DNA of 56,426 bases from Mycobacteriaceae bacterium. GTDB lineage: Bacteria; Actinomycetota; Actinomycetes; Mycobacteriales; Mycobacteriaceae. The notes under the pieces were generated by a model. That model was not told the DNA's origin, made no database searches, and saw only the letters and a list, made by a program, of their open reading frames with translations. Where the stretch lies: contig JBDTDI010000158.1 in NCBI GenBank assembly GCA_039923155.1, forward strand, positions 1 to 56,426, read 5' to 3'. Positions 53,879 to 56,426 of the stretch are shown here, piece after piece; within the stretch, counting starts at the first letter, position 1; every line of letters starts with the position of its first letter. The translations under genes were made by a program, and so were the position numbers.

Positions 53879-55732
53879 TCAGGGTCGCGCGACGCCGGGG
53901 CCGTCCACGCTCCCGCCCTTCCAGCGACCGGAGAACACCTGGTCGCCGACGTGGCCGTACCAGAACTGTCGGTTCGCCCGCGGGTCCAGGTTGCTGTCGG
54001 TGAGGTACCACACCGCGTCGCGGACCACCCCGGTGGTGGTGAAGCGGTCCCCGTTCCAGCTGCCCACCACCGGCCGGTCGGTGGGGTTGCCGAAGAAGAA
54101 GTGACCGTTGGCGGTGGCGGTACCGCCGGTGGCCCGGTTGGTGAGGAACCACTGGCCGAGGCGGAACAGCCCCAGCGTGTCGGTGCCGTTGCCGTCCCAG
54201 TCGCCGACCAGGGCGGTGTCGCCGGGGTTGCCGAACGCGATGACCCGGGTGCTGGGACCTGCGGAGTTGCTGTCGCGCTCGTAGAGCACGCCACGGCGGT
54301 ACACCCCGATGGTGTCGGTGCCGTTGCCGTTCCAGTCGCCGCACACCGGCTGGTCCCCGGGCTGGCCGAAGGCGAAGGTTGCGGCGGTGGTCGCGGCGGT
54401 GTCGTTGGTGTTGCTCAGGTACCAGGTGCCGCCCCGGAACACCCCCAGGGTGTCGGTGCCGTTGCCGTCCCAGTCGCAGCCCAGCGCCACGTCGCCCGGA
54501 GCGCCGTAGAAGGCTGCCCGGTACGAGTCCTGGCCCGGGGCGAGGGACAGGAAGAAGCGCAGCGGAGAGGACTCCGACGCAGCCGTCGCCGGGGTGAACC
54601 AGTTCGAGCGCAGCCCCAGGGCGATGCGCATGCCGTCGCCGGTGGTGTTGACCGTGCGCTGGCTACCGATCACCTGCACGGTGAGCACCCGGCCACCGTC
54701 GGCGCCGAGACCGTTGCGCCCGGTCACCCGCACGGCGGTCAGGGCCCCGACGTCGTAGGCCCGCTCGATGGTGGACACCGGGATGGACACCGTCCAGTCG
54801 TGGTACGGCGAGATGGCGTCACCGGCGTCGACCACGGCCGGGAAGGTGCCCCCCGCGGTCCAGCCCCCGGTCGAGGAGGAGAACTCGGTGCTGCGCACGC
54901 GCCCAGCGTTGTCGACCAGGACCTGGCCCGCGGTGCTGGCCACGGCCCGGTTCGCCTGCGGCGACTCGCCGCCGGCACCGCCGTACACCTGGCAGGACTG
55001 GGTGTCGCAGGTCTTGGCGTAGGGGTAGCGGTTCTGCGCCATGCCGTAGGAGCGGGCGGCGACCGCCTGCGCCTCCAGCGCCGCCTGCCCGCCCGTGTCG
55101 CCCCAGCCGGACGGCGACTCGCGGGGCACGACGTCGCGCACGTAGTCCTCTTGCGCCACCGTGTTCACCGTGCGCAGCGAACCGTCAGCGGGCACCAGGG
55201 TCAGGTTGCCGCGATAGCTGGGGCCCCCGCAGAAGCTGAGCAGGGGCGCCCGGTCGGCCCCGGAGGAGAACACGGCGCTGAGCATGGTGGCGCTGGCCAC
55301 CGGCGTCGTCCACACGGGCTTGGTCCCACAGGCGGTGGCGGTGCTCAGCACGGGGCCGGCGGGCGTGGCCGTGATCGTGGCCGTGGCGCCCGCGGACACC
55401 GTGAAGCCGCCGGCGGTGAAGGCACGGGAGGAGGTCACCGGTCCCAGGCTCTGACCGTCCCGCGCGGTCAGGCGCACCGTCATCGGCGGGTTGCCGACGT
55501 TGCTCAGGGTGGACCCGCCGTAGTAGTGGTTCAGGATCTGCGTGGCGTTCCAGCCGTTGTTCTTGGCGTAGCCGTAGGCGCCGTACTGGCCCATGCCCCG
55601 GCCGTGGCCGTTGCCGTGACCGGTGAAGGTCACCGTCCCGGTGGGGTAGGCGCCGGCCGCCTGCGCGGGGGTGATGGTGACGACACCCAACAGCACCACG
55701 AGCGCACTCAGAACCGCACCGAACCTTCGCAC
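53879..55732 (-). CDS. Secreted SpoIID/LytB-domain protein with five C-terminal FG-GAP/VCBS-like repeats
   Basis: Signal peptide ending AQA; GHGNGHGRGMGQYGAYG, ILNHYYGG, VVPRES, LEAQAVAARSY, CQVYGG, LGLRSNWF; repeats at 53879-54562. Confidence 0.9.
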   Translation of the reverse strand: MRRFGAVLSALVVLLGVVTITPAQAAGAYPTGTVTFTGHGNGHGRGMGQYGAYGYAKNNGWNATQILNHYYGGSTLSNVGNPPMTVRLTARDGQSLGPVTSSRAFTAGGFTVSAGATATITATPAGPVLSTATACGTKPVWTTPVASATMLSAVFSSGADRAPLLSFCGGPSYRGNLTLVPADGSLRTVNTVAQEDYVRDVVPRESPSGWGDTGGQAALEAQAVAARSYGMAQNRYPYAKTCDTQSCQVYGGAGGESPQANRAVASTAGQVLVDNAGRVRSTEFSSSTGGWTAGGTFPAVVDAGDAISPYHDWTVSIPVSTIERAYDVGALTAVRVTGRNGLGADGGRVLTVQVIGSQRTVNTTGDGMRIALGLRSNWFTPATAASESSPLRFFLSLAPGQDSYRAAFYGAPGDVALGCDWDGNGTDTLGVFRGGTWYLSNTNDTAATTAATFAFGQPGDQPVCGDWNGNGTDTIGVYRRGVLYERDSNSAGPSTRVIAFGNPGDTALVGDWDGNGTDTLGLFRLGQWFLTNRATGGTATANGHFFFGNPTDRPVVGSWNGDRFTTTGVVRDAVWYLTDSNLDPRANRQFWYGHVGDQVFSGRWKGGSVDGPGVARP

Positions 55733-55733
55733 G

Positions 55734-56426
55734 TCAGTATCCTCTCGCGACGGAGACCGTCGTGGGTCCGGCGCTGCTCAGGCGCCCGGGCAGCGGGACG
55801 TCGGTGGGGTTGCCGAAGCGGTAGGACGCGGTGGCCCTCGGCGCCGAGGTGCTGTTCGACAGGTAGACCGCGCCCGAGCGGAACACCCCGATCGAGGTGG
55901 TGCCGTTGTTGTTCCAGTCCCCGGCCAGCGGGACGTCGCCGGCGTTGCCGAAGGCCGCGGTCACGTCCGCCCGCACGACGAGGTTGCTGTTCGACAGGTA
56001 GAAGCGCGTGTCGTAGCGGCCGGACCGGGTGACGCCGACAGTGTCGAAGCGGTCGCCGTTCCAGCTCCCGGTGATCGCGACATCGGTCGGGTTGCCGAAG
56101 TCGAACGAGCCGTCGGCGCTGCCGGAGGTCGCGGAGTTGCGCAGGTAGAAGTGCCCGGCGCGGAACACCCCGGGGGTGTCCCTGCCGTCGCCGTTCCAGT
56201 CCCCACAGAGGGGCTGGTCGGTGGGGTTGCCGAAGGAGAACACCCAGTCCTCGGCGCCCGGACGGTTGGAGTTGCGCACGTACCAGGTGCCGCGGTGGAA
56301 CACCCCGAGGGTGTCGGTGCCGTTGCCGTCCCAGTCGCACAGCAGCGGCACGTCGCCGCCGGCGCCGACGGGCACCAGGGTGCTCACCGAACCGGGGAAG
56401 CCGCTGGCCAGGTAGGCGCCGGGTCC
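55734..56426 (-). CDS. Protein with five C-terminal FG-GAP/VCBS-like repeats, 5' part beyond window
   Basis: Frame open to the window edge (GPGAYLASGFPGSVSTL...); same repeat module; stop 1 nt before the SpoIID/LytB gene start. Confidence 0.85.
   Translation of the reverse strand, partial: GPGAYLASGFPGSVSTLVPVGAGGDVPLLCDWDGNGTDTLGVFHRGTWYVRNSNRPGAEDWVFSFGNPTDQPLCGDWNGDGRDTPGVFRAGHFYLRNSATSGSADGSFDFGNPTDVAITGSWNGDRFDTVGVTRSGRYDTRFYLSNSNLVVRADVTAAFGNAGDVPLAGDWNNNGTTSIGVFRSGAVYLSNSTSAPRATASYRFGNPTDVPLPGRLSSAGPTTVSVARGY

Overview
A high-GC actinobacterial chromosome segment. Gene order closely follows the M. tuberculosis Rv3715c-Rv3780 region, so a Mycobacteriales-like organism is my inference. 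The left half (1-31.8 kb) is mostly core genome. It holds a peptide ABC transporter, recR-ybaB, solA, the FAD-oxidoreductase/cfa pair for 10-methyl fatty acids, dnaX, a PLP aminotransferase, SRP RNA, all four tRNA-Ser isoacceptors and tRNA-Arg(ACG). It also holds a PAS-GGDEF-EAL protein, tadA, tyrA, an MprF-like protein, pat/hisC, a quinone oxidoreductase, a cysteine-desulfurase-like gene remnant and bpa. The right half (31.9-56.4 kb) is a dense cell-surface glycan locus: rmlA, two YfhO-type and one DUF6541-type membrane (GT-C-like) proteins, GT2/GT4 enzymes, two flippase-like proteins, DUF2304 and four SAM methyltransferases. Interleaved with it are three proteins that share one C-terminal module of five ~45-aa FG-GAP/VCBS-like repeats with a conserved Cys pair. 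They are a CAP-domain protein, a SpoIID/LytB-domain protein and one truncated by the window edge. My best candidate for an undescribed system is this repeat module acting as a wall-anchoring domain, encoded together with the glycan it may bind. A C15 tract in a methyltransferase promoter may make one decoration step phase-variable. No CRISPR array, integrase or transposase was seen. All family calls are by motif recognition only; no searches were run.
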